This document shows, one piece after another, positions 37,565 through 46,526 of a stretch of DNA of 54,099 nucleotides. Made by a program: the position numbers and the translations under genes. The DNA lies in the NCBI GenBank assembly GCA_033762915.1, contig JANRLD010000100.1, positions 1-54,099 of the forward strand, given 5' to 3'. Under the pieces are notes generated by a model. It was not told where the DNA came from. It searched no databases and saw only the letters and a list, made by a program, of their open reading frames with translations. Source of the stretch: Meiothermus sp. (lineage in GTDB: Bacteria; Deinococcota; Deinococci; Deinococcales; Thermaceae). How positions within the stretch are numbered: position 1 is the stretch's first letter; every line of letters starts with the position of its first letter.

Positions 37565-39214
37565 TTAGCGTTGCAGCTCTTGCAGCAACTGCGGAGCCTC
37601 TTGGCCCCAACGGATGTAACCCTGGTATACGCTGTCGCCCAGCGGCACCCCGGCGGGTCTGAAGTCGGCGGGGAAACGGGACAACCCCCGCTCGAGTACC
37701 GCGATGGCCTGAGCGTTATGGCCCAGTTGGCGCTCCAGTTTGGCCTGTTGCAAGTAGTATAGGGGGCTGCCCAGGGGAAACTTCTGGTTGAGCTGGCGCA
37801 ACACCTCGAGTTGCTCGTTGGGGGTCTGGGCGTATTGCAGTTGGGCGCGGTAGACCCACAGGCTGTTGGGGTTGAGGTGGGCAGCCTGCTCGAGCAGTTC
37901 CAAGCGCTGGGCTGGGGGCAGTTGGGTGGCCTCCTTGAGCACCGTCGGGCGGAAACCCAGGTAGCGGCTGGCAGAACACACCCCGCTGCAAGGCCAGTAC
38001 CACCACAACACCAGGACAACCGCGGCCACCAGCCCTACCCCAGCAGCAGCCCTGGAAGCCCAAGCCGATGACGATAAGGAGCTTAGACTAATCTGCGCGG
38101 GTCTGGACTGGGCGTATACCGCCCCCAAGGCCGCAAACGCCAACATCATCACGGCGGGGTACATCCCGGTGATGTCGAAAGCCAGGGTGGCCCAGAGCCC
38201 TGCCGCCCCCAGCGCCCAGGGCCAGGCCGGGCCGCGCCAGCCGCGCCAGAGCACCCAGCCCAGCACGCCCAGCAGCACGATCAGGCGCGGCCAGCCGCCG
38301 GTGGCGGCGGTCTCGAGGTAGTGGTTGTGGGCGTTGGCGAAGTTTACGCTGGGGTACTGCTGGTAGGCCGCCATCACGTCCCTGAAGCTGCCGTTGCCGG
38401 TGCCCAGGGGGGCTTGGAGCGCGATGTCTATGGTCTGCCCCCACATCTGCAGGCGGCTACCGAAGCTGCCCTCGCTCGAGGTGTCGCTGACCTGCTTGGC
38501 CACGGCCGTCTTGGGCAGCAGGGCGGCCTGCACCGGGTGAAAGGGCAGTGCCGTGTCCAGTAGCACAACCGCCGCCGCGACCCCCACGAAGCCCGCCACA
38601 AGCCGTGGCAGGGGGGTTCGCTCTTGCCACAGCCTCCAGGCCAGCAGCACCCCAACCACCAGCAGCGGCAGGTAGACCGCCCTGGCCCCCGAAAGCAGGG
38701 CCAGATAGACCGTCGCCACCAGGCCCAGGCCCAGCGTCAACTGCCAGCGCGAGCGCTCGAGGGCGGAGCGGAATAGTACCGGCAGTAGGGTCAGGGCCTG
38801 GGCACCCGCGACGTAGTGGGCCGAGCCCGAGAAGTACAGGGCCAGCCCGAAGGCGCCGAGCGAGAGGGTGGTGAACAGGTTGTACCCCAGCAGCACCGCG
38901 CCCAGCCCCGCCAGCCCTCGCCACCACGTCCCCGCCGCAAAGGCGGCAAGGTAGGCCAGTTCCCAGATCCCTGCGGCCAAGGTGTTGCCGGGGGTCTGGC
39001 TCCAGGCCAGGGTGGCCAAGCCCACCAGCCACCACAGCCACACATACCAGGGCAGCCGCACAGCGAGCAGCGTCAGCCCGGCAAGGGCCGCCAACCAAAA
39101 CGGCGGTAGGTCGTAGTGGCTGAGCGGCTGCTGCCAGAGCCAGTACAGCCCCCCCAGCACGGCCGCCGATAGGGCCAGAGGGACAAAGGGGGCTATTCGG
39201 GAGAGCTGGTTCAT
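37565..39214 (-). CDS. O-antigen ligase / pilin O-oligosaccharyltransferase family protein with a C-terminal TPR-like domain
   Basis: SGARA, SRLQMW..PLGTGNGSF, AHNHYLE motifs; directly downstream of the pilin genes; start at ATG 39214. Confidence 0.82.
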   Translation of the reverse strand: MNQLSRIAPFVPLALSAAVLGGLYWLWQQPLSHYDLPPFWLAALAGLTLLAVRLPWYVWLWWLVGLATLAWSQTPGNTLAAGIWELAYLAAFAAGTWWRGLAGLGAVLLGYNLFTTLSLGAFGLALYFSGSAHYVAGAQALTLLPVLFRSALERSRWQLTLGLGLVATVYLALLSGARAVYLPLLVVGVLLAWRLWQERTPLPRLVAGFVGVAAAVVLLDTALPFHPVQAALLPKTAVAKQVSDTSSEGSFGSRLQMWGQTIDIALQAPLGTGNGSFRDVMAAYQQYPSVNFANAHNHYLETAATGGWPRLIVLLGVLGWVLWRGWRGPAWPWALGAAGLWATLAFDITGMYPAVMMLAFAALGAVYAQSRPAQISLSSLSSSAWASRAAAGVGLVAAVVLVLWWYWPCSGVCSASRYLGFRPTVLKEATQLPPAQRLELLEQAAHLNPNSLWVYRAQLQYAQTPNEQLEVLRQLNQKFPLGSPLYYLQQAKLERQLGHNAQAIAVLERGLSRFPADFRPAGVPLGDSVYQGYIRWGQEAPQLLQELQR

Positions 39215-39386
39215 AGGCGGCTCGAGGGTCTTTGTTGATTCGGGGAAGCCAACCCGGAGCATCCCACGGCCCCACAAGAACCCCTCCCCACTGTAGGTTT
39301 TGCCTACCGGGCAGGCTGTGAGATATGGCCCAAGGAAAAAGCCGCCATTGCTGGCGGCATCTCGATCAGTATGTAGTGCGGGTGCC

Positions 39387-39737
39387 TTAGGGAAGATTTC
39401 CGGTGCCGGAGATGCCCGAGTAACTTACCGACGCCGCCGCGCTGACCACCAGGACCGTACAGGCAGTGAGGGGTCCCGAGGAGGGGGCCTCGACCGAGTA
39501 CCCGGCGATCACGTAGCCGCTGCGGCAGTCGGTGTTGGGTACGGTCGCAGCAAAGACGTTGTCCGAGAGGTAGGCGTTTGCGGCCTTGTACACGTTTTGC
39601 AGGTAGGCCCGCTCAGCACTGATCTGGGCGCTGCGGCGCGCCTGGATCAGGTTGGGCACCAGCACCGAAGCAATGGTCCCGATGATTGCGATCACAATAA
39701 GCAGCTCAATCAGGGTGAACCCCTTGGTTTGCCGCAT
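39387..39737 (-). CDS. Type IV pilin (divergent paralog)
   Basis: KG|FTLIELLIVIAIIG prepilin motif, two Cys, shares YLQNVYKAANAYL with the adjacent pilins. Confidence 0.93.
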   Translation of the reverse strand: MRQTKGFTLIELLIVIAIIGTIASVLVPNLIQARRSAQISAERAYLQNVYKAANAYLSDNVFAATVPNTDCRSGYVIAGYSVEAPSSGPLTACTVLVVSAAASVSYSGISGTGNLP

Positions 39738-39754
39738 AAGGATCTCGCTTTCAC

Positions 39755-39783
39755 AAAAAAACCAGGGCAGTCCATGCCCTGGT
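39755..39783 (-). terminator. Terminator after pilin 39802..40161
   Basis: accagggca-tggac-tgccctgg followed by a T-run on the minus strand. Confidence 0.75.
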
Positions 39784-39801
39784 CTCCTGGGTTGGCTGCG
39801 A

Positions 39802-40161
39802 TTAGTTGCCGATGGTGGTGGAAGCGCCGACGCCGTTACCGTTGAAGGTGACGGTGACCTGCTGGGTGGACTGGGTGTAGGCCACGGTGCAGGCGGTCAG
39901 GGTGCCGGGGGCGCTGCCCGCGCCGTAGCTGCCGGCGTTGTAGCTGCCCATGCAGGAGGTGCCGGGCAGCGCGGTGGCGCTGGGGTTCTCGGCCAGGTAG
40001 GCGTTGGCGGCCTTGTACACGTTCTGGGCGTAGGCCTGCTCGGCGCGGCTCTGCGCGGTCTTGCGGGCGTTGAGCAGGTTGGGGACCAGCACGGCAGCCA
40101 GGATGCCGATGATGGCGATCACGATCAGCAGCTCGATCAGGGTGAAACCGCTCTTCTTCAT
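39802..40161 (-). CDS. pilA: Type IV major pilin (PilA4-like), copy 1
   Basis: SG|FTLIELLIVIAIIGILAAVLVPNLL; SD aaggag; own terminator. Confidence 0.93.
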   Translation of the reverse strand: MKKSGFTLIELLIVIAIIGILAAVLVPNLLNARKTAQSRAEQAYAQNVYKAANAYLAENPSATALPGTSCMGSYNAGSYGAGSAPGTLTACTVAYTQSTQQVTVTFNGNGVGASTTIGN

Positions 40162-40437
40162 GGAGACTCCTTCAGGGTTCCGCGCCCAAAGGTATATGGG
40201 TATTGGGACACGGGCTTACAGTAGTGCAGAGATTGCTTAGGGCCGAGGTGCCGAAACGTTGCGCTCGCCGGTGTCTCCAGCCTTGGCTGGCCTTACCCGC
40301 GATGAAGGGGTTTGTGGGTCACTTCCCTTCCGCCTTCTAGGTAAAAGTGTAGCACCCGACTTTTCAGTCGCTGTGAAAGATAACCGTTACCCGTAACCGC
40401 CTCGTTACGGATGCGCCTCGAGGCGTCATGTCCGGGC

Positions 40438-40534
40438 CTATCGCATTTCCACCATTCCCTCTCTCGCGGCGGCAGGGAATGCACTCCCTACAGCGGTTTT
40501 TGCTGTAGAGAGTATGGGTGGGAACTGCTCCAAG
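40438..40534 (-). repeat. Element A, copy 4 (reverse orientation, inner loop inverted)
   Basis: Reverse complement reads gagcagttcccac...ctctctacagcaaaaaccgctgtagggag...cctgccgccgcgagagag..gtggaaatgcgatag. Confidence 0.85.
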
Positions 40535-40582
40535 TCTGCATGGTTGAAGTGCGCAAAGCCGACCCGGCAGACCCTTTAGGGA

Positions 40583-40721
40583 TTGCGCCTCGGGTAGCCG
40601 CTCCGCGGCTATGGCGTAAGCCACTCCGCCCCGGGTAGCCGCTCTGCGGCCATGGCGCATGCCACTCTCCCCAAGAACGTGTTTACCGTATCCGCCGATT
40701 CCGCACTTCTACCTGGCGCAA
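40583..40721 (+). repeat. REP-like element B/C with two tandem 41-bp B units
   Basis: ttgcgcc start, B units at 40592 and 40633, atccgccgattcc and ggcgcaa end as at 17762-17868. Confidence 0.85.
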
Positions 40722-40868
40722 CTTATAACCCGGCCCACGCCGTGAGGCCGTGACCTGTTGGCGAAGCATGCCCTAGCCCAAGAATCGCCCTCGAGTAGGG
40801 AAAATATCAGCGCATTAAACCCGACCATATCCCTGCCGTCGCCCTGCCGCGCCGAGCGTCAAACATAA

Positions 40869-40895
40869 GGGACAGGGCATCGTCTGCCCTGTCCC
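40869..40895 (-). terminator. Hairpin after pilin 40939..41298
   Basis: gggacagggca-tcgtc-tgccctgtccc. Confidence 0.7.
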
Positions 40896-40938
40896 GGCCT
40901 TGCTTGAGCTATCCAGACTATGCGTGCGCGGGAGGCGC

Positions 40939-41298
40939 TTAGTTGCCGATGGTGGTGGAAGCGCCGACGCCGTTACCGTTGAAGGTGACGGTGACCCGCT
41001 GGGTGGACTGGACGTAGGCCACGGTGCAGGCGGTCAGAGTGCCGGGGGCGCTGCCCGCGCCGTAGCTGCCGGCGTTGTAGCTGCCCATGCAGTTGGTGCT
41101 GGGCAGCGCGGCGGCGCTGGGGTTCTCGGCCAGGTAGGCGTTGGCGGCCTTGTACACGTTCTGGGCGTAGGCCTGCTCGGCACGGCTCTGCGCGGTCTTG
41201 CGGGCGTTGAGCAGGTTGGGGACCAGCACGGCAGCCAGGATGCCGATGATGGCGATCACAATTAGCAGCTCGATCAGGGTGAAACCGCTCTTCTTCAT
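40939..41298 (-). CDS. pilA: Type IV major pilin (PilA4-like), copy 2
   Basis: 360 nt, 11 nt differences from copy 1 by manual alignment; SD aaggag before ATG 41298. Confidence 0.93.
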   Translation of the reverse strand: MKKSGFTLIELLIVIAIIGILAAVLVPNLLNARKTAQSRAEQAYAQNVYKAANAYLAENPSAAALPSTNCMGSYNAGSYGAGSAPGTLTACTVAYVQSTQRVTVTFNGNGVGASTTIGN

Positions 41299-41645
41299 GT
41301 ACTGCTCCTTCAGATGTGTGCGCGTATGTATATGAGGGTATGGCGCGCAGGGAGTGCAAGGATAGCTTAGGGCCGGGGGCGGATTGGGCGGCGCAGCCTC
41401 AGCAATCAACTTGATTCCCTTCAAGTTGGCCTGTTGAATAAAGATGATAGCTGTTACGTATCTCGAATATTGATGAAAATAACCATTTCTGGCACCATTT
41501 CTGTTACGTCGCTAGAACCGTAAGCTGGCCATAATTTCAACCTAGCCAAATTTATGATTTAGATACAGAGGTCGGCGGCGTTTTGGGCTTGGTGTGCGGC
41601 CGGGGATGAGGTCACGCGGCCTCGGCCCTGCTAGACTGAGTGCCG

Positions 41646-42332
41646 ATGATTCATTTCCACCGCGTAACCCTCGAGTACGCCCGCACTCAGACCAAGGCGC
41701 TCTACGATTTGAATCTGGAAATCAAGAAGGGCGAGTTTGTATTCCTGGTGGGGCACTCGGGGGCGGGCAAGTCCTCGCTGCTGTCGCTGGTTATGAAGCG
41801 GCTCGAGCCCAGCAGCGGGGCGGTCTACTTCGACGGCGAAAACCTCAAGGCGCTCAGGGGCGACAAAATCGCCCTGCACCGCCGCCGAATCGGGATGGTC
41901 TTCCAGGACCACCGGCTGCTCAAGGACATGACCGTCGAGGAGAACCTGCGCTTCGCCCTGCGGGTGATGGAGGTGCCCCAGCCCGACTGGGAGAGCCACA
42001 CCCTTCGGGTGCTACGCCAGGTGGGCATCGTCCACAAGAAGCGCTCCTACCCCGAGGAGCTGTCGGTCGGCGAGTCGCAGCGGGTGGCCATTGCCCGGGC
42101 GCTGATCGCCGACCCCCAGGTGCTGATGGCCGACGAGCCCACCGGCAACCTCGACCCCGCCAACGCCCTGGCCGTCCTCGACATCTTCAAGACGGCCCAC
42201 GCCCGCGGGGCCACCGTCCTGATGGCCACCCACTCCCGCGAGATCGTGGAGGCCTACCCCCAGCGGGTCATCACCCTCAAAGCAGGACAGCTGGTAAGGG
42301 ACGAGCGGGGAGGAAAGTACAGCCTGATATAG
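41646..42332 (+). CDS. ftsE: Cell division ATP-binding protein FtsE
   Basis: GEFVFLVGHSGAGKS, RRRIGMVFQDHRLL, ADEPTGNLDP, GATVLMATH. Confidence 0.88.
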   Translation: MIHFHRVTLEYARTQTKALYDLNLEIKKGEFVFLVGHSGAGKSSLLSLVMKRLEPSSGAVYFDGENLKALRGDKIALHRRRIGMVFQDHRLLKDMTVEENLRFALRVMEVPQPDWESHTLRVLRQVGIVHKKRSYPEELSVGESQRVAIARALIADPQVLMADEPTGNLDPANALAVLDIFKTAHARGATVLMATHSREIVEAYPQRVITLKAGQLVRDERGGKYSLI

Positions 42333-42457
42333 GCCAAAGGCAACGACCTCAACCACGCGCATAGCGGCTTCCCCTTCCCCCATTCGTCGCCTGTAACACG
42401 TCAGTTAATGGTCAATCCGGACATTATTCCCTCATGACCTCGAGGTAGACTGGTTCT

Positions 42458-42604
42458 ACCAGGAAGGCAAAGCGGTGACAAACTCACCCGAACCCTCAGA
42501 ACTCCCAGAAAGGGGCTTCTGATGGGGCTTTGTCGTCTCTGGCGAGATGGCCGTGGTGGGGGAAACCCCAGGGCAGAGCCACCCGAAACTCAAGGGGGTC
42601 GAGC
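42458..42604 (+). promoter_or_regulatory. Structured 5' leader of hpf
   Basis: -10 TAGACT at 42446-42451; multi-stem pairing 42466-42534 plus downstream hairpins. Confidence 0.5.
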
Positions 42605-43156
42605 ATGAACGTCTACAGGCTGACAGGTCGTCACATCGAAATCACCGACGCCATCAAGAACTACATCGACAAGAAGATGACCCGCCTGGATCGTCACTTC
42701 GAAGGGGCCGACACCAAAGTGGTGCTCTCGCTGGCCAAGAGCCCCCGCATCGGCGAGCGGGCCAAGGTCGAGATCCAGGTCGGTGTTCCTAAGGGCATTG
42801 TGCGGGTCGAGGAGGCCGACCCCGACATGTACGCCGCCATCGACCGTGCGGTGGACCGCCTCGAGTACCAGCTCAAGCGCTACAAGGAGCGCTACATCAC
42901 CCGCAGCCACCAGATGGTGGCCACGCCCGCCCCGGCCGGGGCGGTGCCCGCCGAGTCCACAACCCAAGACCTCGAGCCGGTCATCCTGCGCACCAAGCGC
43001 TTCCACATGAAGCCCATGACCCCCGAGGACGCCGCTTTCGAGATGGAGAGCCTGGGCCACTCTTTCTTCATGTTCCGCAACTCCGAGACTGACCAGATCA
43101 ACGTGATCTACGCCCGGCGCGACGGCAACTACGGCCTGATCGAGCCGACCAACTAG
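42605..43156 (+). CDS. hpf: Long ribosome hibernation promoting factor (HPF/RaiA)
   Basis: TGRHIEITDAIKNY, DMYAAID, C-terminal KPMTPEDA..LGHSFF..YARRDGNYGLIEP. Confidence 0.95.
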   Translation: MNVYRLTGRHIEITDAIKNYIDKKMTRLDRHFEGADTKVVLSLAKSPRIGERAKVEIQVGVPKGIVRVEEADPDMYAAIDRAVDRLEYQLKRYKERYITRSHQMVATPAPAGAVPAESTTQDLEPVILRTKRFHMKPMTPEDAAFEMESLGHSFFMFRNSETDQINVIYARRDGNYGLIEPTN

Positions 43157-43319
43157 GGTTCGAGGATGGCCTGGGGCCGCTGCGGTCAGCGGCCCCCGCC
43201 ATCCGCTCGAGGTCGGCCAGGTTGGGCAGCACTCCCACCGCCTCAGAGCCCCGGCCTCTGGCGAATGCGGGGGAAGTGGCGAGCCCGTTGTGTTGGCTTC
43301 CCTTACCCCTCGCCCCGGC

Positions 43320-43895
43320 CTACCCCCTACCGACCCTAGCCTTTCCCCGGGTGGCGTCCCGAAGCTGGGCCTCGAAGGCCTCGAGTTTGGCCTCCTCCAG
43401 CTCCAATATCACCACCAGGCCGTCCGGCGTGTACTCCTCGGGTTCGCGCTTGTGGCCGGCCAGCAGGTGGAAGACGGTGTTGGTGAGCTCGAAGGGCACC
43501 TCAAGCCGCACCCGAACTATGGGGACAACCTCGCGCTTGGGGGCCTGGCGCAGACACTCGGCCGCAGCGCCCCCGTAGGCCCGCACCAGGCCGCCTGCGC
43601 CCAGGTTCACGCCGCCGTAGTAGCGGGTCACCACCACCATCACCCCGTTCAGCCCCTGGCCCTCGATGGCGCTGAGAATGGGGCGGCCTGCCGTGCCGCC
43701 GGGCTCGCCGTCGTCGGAGAAACGGTAAAGCTGGCCGACCTTGTAGGCCCAGCAGTTGTGGGTAGCCTCCGGCTCGCGGACGCGGGCCAGAAACTCCAGC
43801 GCCTCCTCCGGCGACCCGACCGGCGCGGCCCGGGCGATAAAGCGCGAGTACCTGACCTCGAGGCGGTGGGTGTGGGGGGACTCGAGGGTAAGCAT
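43320..43895 (-). CDS. yigZ: YigZ/IMPACT family protein
   Basis: SRFIA, ATHNCWAY, DDGEPGGTAGRP, VTRYYGG.NLGAGGLVRAY. Confidence 0.92.
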   Translation of the reverse strand: MLTLESPHTHRLEVRYSRFIARAAPVGSPEEALEFLARVREPEATHNCWAYKVGQLYRFSDDGEPGGTAGRPILSAIEGQGLNGVMVVVTRYYGGVNLGAGGLVRAYGGAAAECLRQAPKREVVPIVRVRLEVPFELTNTVFHLLAGHKREPEEYTPDGLVVILELEEAKLEAFEAQLRDATRGKARVGRG

Positions 43896-43958
43896 GGGGT
43901 CAGGAAAAAACGGAGACGAAGAACGGGGGCCCGACCTTCGACCCAAGACCTGCGACCC

Positions 43959-44768
43959 TCAGCCTTCAACCTTCAGCTGCTTTTGCGCCGCCGCATACAT
44001 CACCCGCACGTCCGGCTTGACGCCCGTCCAAAGCTCGAAGGCCAGCGCGCCCTGCCAGATCAGCATGGGGAAGCCGCCCAAGGTGTTGAGGCCCGCCGCC
44101 TGGGCGTCGCGCAGGAGCTTGGTCTCGAGGGGGTTGTAGACGATGTCCACCACGGTGGCGTGGCGGGGCAGGATACCCTCGGGCAGGGGGGAGGTTTGGG
44201 GGTCTTTGAGGCCCACGCTGGTGGTGTTGATCAGCAGGTCGCAGGTCTTGAGGGCCGCCTCGAGGAGCGACCCGGACACCGACCCCACCCCGACGGCCTC
44301 GGCCAGCTCACGCGCCCGCTCGGGGGTACGGTTGGAGATGGCCACCTGCGCCCCGGCCTGTTTCAGCCCGTAGGCGATGGCCCTGGCGGCCCCACCCGCC
44401 CCCAACAGCAGCGCCTTGCGGCCCCGGTACTCAATGCCCGCCTCCTCGAGGCCCCGCACGAAGCCCGGCGCATCGGTGTTGTGGCCAATCAGTTGCCCGT
44501 CCTGCACCACCACGGTGTTTACCGCCCCGATTGCGCTGGCCTCGGGCGACAGCCCGTCGAGGAAGGGGATAACGGCCTGCTTGTGGGGGATGGTGACATT
44601 GACGCCGCGGAACTCCCGCCGCACCTCGTTCAGGCGGGCGCGGACGAAAGCCGGGGCGGTCTCGATGGCGCGGTAGGTGGCCTCAATCCCGGCGGCCTCG
44701 AGGGCTGCCGTCTGCATGGCCGGGGAGATGGTGTGGGAGAGCGGATAGCCGATGATGCCCAGTTTCAC
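43959..44768 (-). CDS. aroE: Shikimate dehydrogenase
   Basis: IGYPLSHTISP, NVTIPHK, GAVNT, NTDAPG, GAGGAARA, DIVYNP; GTG start 7 nt after -10 TAGAAT. Confidence 0.95.
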   Translation of the reverse strand: MKLGIIGYPLSHTISPAMQTAALEAAGIEATYRAIETAPAFVRARLNEVRREFRGVNVTIPHKQAVIPFLDGLSPEASAIGAVNTVVVQDGQLIGHNTDAPGFVRGLEEAGIEYRGRKALLLGAGGAARAIAYGLKQAGAQVAISNRTPERARELAEAVGVGSVSGSLLEAALKTCDLLINTTSVGLKDPQTSPLPEGILPRHATVVDIVYNPLETKLLRDAQAAGLNTLGGFPMLIWQGALAFELWTGVKPDVRVMYAAAQKQLKVEG

Positions 44769-45001
44769 ACCAGGGATTCTACCCGCTCCGCCCCGGGCTC
44801 GGGCGGCCAAGCCGACGATCCTGTTCGGCTGCTCCCGCCCTCGGCCTTGGGCTCTGGCCCCAGCACAACGGTGTGGGAGAGCTGATTTTCCCCTTGGTTC
44901 GGCGGCGATGGCGGGGCACCGCGCGAGGGGCGGGAGCAGAGCTTGGCGCAATCAGCAACCAAGTTACACAGTATTCCCCCCAGCTTGATAAGATAAACGC
45001 A

Positions 45002-46333
45002 GTGAGAAACATATTTTTTTCTCTGTTGTCGCGATCCTTGCAGCGGCGGAAGGGGCTGCTATGGGCGCTGGCGGCAGCCGCCGTGGGCCTAACCGGGGCG
45101 GCCCAGGCCACCAGCTATGTGATCCCGGTACGCGGCGCCATCGACGGGCCCCTGGCCACCTTCATTGACCAGTCCCTGGACCGTGCCGAGCGCGAGGGGG
45201 CCAGCGGGGTGGTGTTCATGGTGGACACCCCCGGCGGGCGTGTGGACGCCGCCATCGAGATCACCGACCGCATCCTGGCCTCCACGCTGCCCACCATCGC
45301 GGTGGTGCAGAACGCCTTCTCGGCCGGGGCCCTGATCTCGCTGGCGGCCCAGCAGATCTACATGCTGCCCGGCTCGCAGATCGGGGCCGCCCTGCCCATC
45401 ACCGTGACCCCGGTGGTGGGCAACGCCACCGCCGCCGACCGTAAGGTGATCTCGGCCCTGCGCGAGAAGTTCAGGTCGGTGGCCGAGGCCCGGGGCCGCC
45501 CCGCCAACATTGCCGAGGCGATGGTAGACCCCGAGGTCGAGATTCGCGGCGTCACCGGCAAGGACGAGCCCCTGACCCTCTCGGCCCGGCGGGCGGTCGA
45601 ACTGAAGGTGGTCAATGCCGAGGTGGCCTCGATGCGGGCAGCCCTCGAGAAAGCCGGCTTCAACGCCGCCACCCAGGAACTCACCCCCGGCCCCCAGGTG
45701 GTTCTGGCCCGCTACCTGACCAACCCCACCGTGGCCGCGATCCTGCTGGCGGTCGGGGTGTTGGGGCTGATCCTGGAGTTCTTCACCCCCGGGACCTTTG
45801 TCCCGGCGATTATCGGCCTGACCAGCCTGGGGCTGTTTTTCCTGGGCGGATATCTGGCGGGGCTATCTTCGGCCCTAAGCATCATCCTCCTGTTCGGCGG
45901 GATTCTGCTGGTGGTCTTCGAGCTGTTCGTCACGCCGGGCTTCGGGGTGCCGGGCATCATGGGGCTGGGGCTGATCGGGGCCTCGATCTACTTCACCTTC
46001 TGCGACAGCGCCCTCCAGGTCGGCTCCTACGCCATCATTGGGATGGCGCTGGGGTTGTTCCTGATCCTGCGCTACATCCCGCAGAGCCGCGCCGCCCGAC
46101 CCTTCGTGCTGGGCGGGGCTCTGGAATCGGTGGCCCCGCCCGCAAACGAACTCGAGCCGCTGATGGGGGCCTTGGGCACCGCCCTCACCGACCTACGCCC
46201 CTCCGGAACCGCCCAGTTCGGCGACCGCCGGGTGGACGTGGTGACGCTGGGCGACTTCATCAGCCGGGGCGACAGTATCCGGGTGGTGCAGGTCGAGGGT
46301 GTGCGAGTTGTAGTGCGGAGGGTTGATTCTTAG
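45002..46333 (+). CDS. nfeD: NfeD-family membrane-bound serine protease-like protein
   Basis: DTPGG, AFSAGALISL, IGAA ClpP-like domain, TM block, C-terminal TDLRPSG OB domain; upstream of floA. Confidence 0.9.
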   Translation: MRNIFFSLLSRSLQRRKGLLWALAAAAVGLTGAAQATSYVIPVRGAIDGPLATFIDQSLDRAEREGASGVVFMVDTPGGRVDAAIEITDRILASTLPTIAVVQNAFSAGALISLAAQQIYMLPGSQIGAALPITVTPVVGNATAADRKVISALREKFRSVAEARGRPANIAEAMVDPEVEIRGVTGKDEPLTLSARRAVELKVVNAEVASMRAALEKAGFNAATQELTPGPQVVLARYLTNPTVAAILLAVGVLGLILEFFTPGTFVPAIIGLTSLGLFFLGGYLAGLSSALSIILLFGGILLVVFELFVTPGFGVPGIMGLGLIGASIYFTFCDSALQVGSYAIIGMALGLFLILRYIPQSRAARPFVLGGALESVAPPANELEPLMGALGTALTDLRPSGTAQFGDRRVDVVTLGDFISRGDSIRVVQVEGVRVVVRRVDS

Positions 46334-46526
46334 GCTTGGTGCGCTTAGCGTGAAATGAATGAGGGAACGGGAGACGGGGAACCGGAACAGTGGAAAGATG
46401 TGGGTTGCTTTGCTACCGATGGTCGGCCCTGGACTCAGGCCAGCCGACCTCGAGCTGCCGGCAGACCGCAGCCTTTCGCTGAGACCTTTTCCCTGAACCC
46501 GGTTCCCCGCCCTTAGGAGGAAATCA

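Noticed and set aside
41646..42332. ftsE without an adjacent ftsX as an anomaly
   Set aside because: ftsX may be elsewhere; cannot be judged from this window
42458..42604. Known raiA motif RNA or c-di-GMP-I riboswitch
   Set aside because: GGCAAA is present but the other recalled consensus elements are not; kept only as an unassigned structured leader
43290..44885. 531-aa plus-strand ORF
   Set aside because: Antisense to yigZ and aroE
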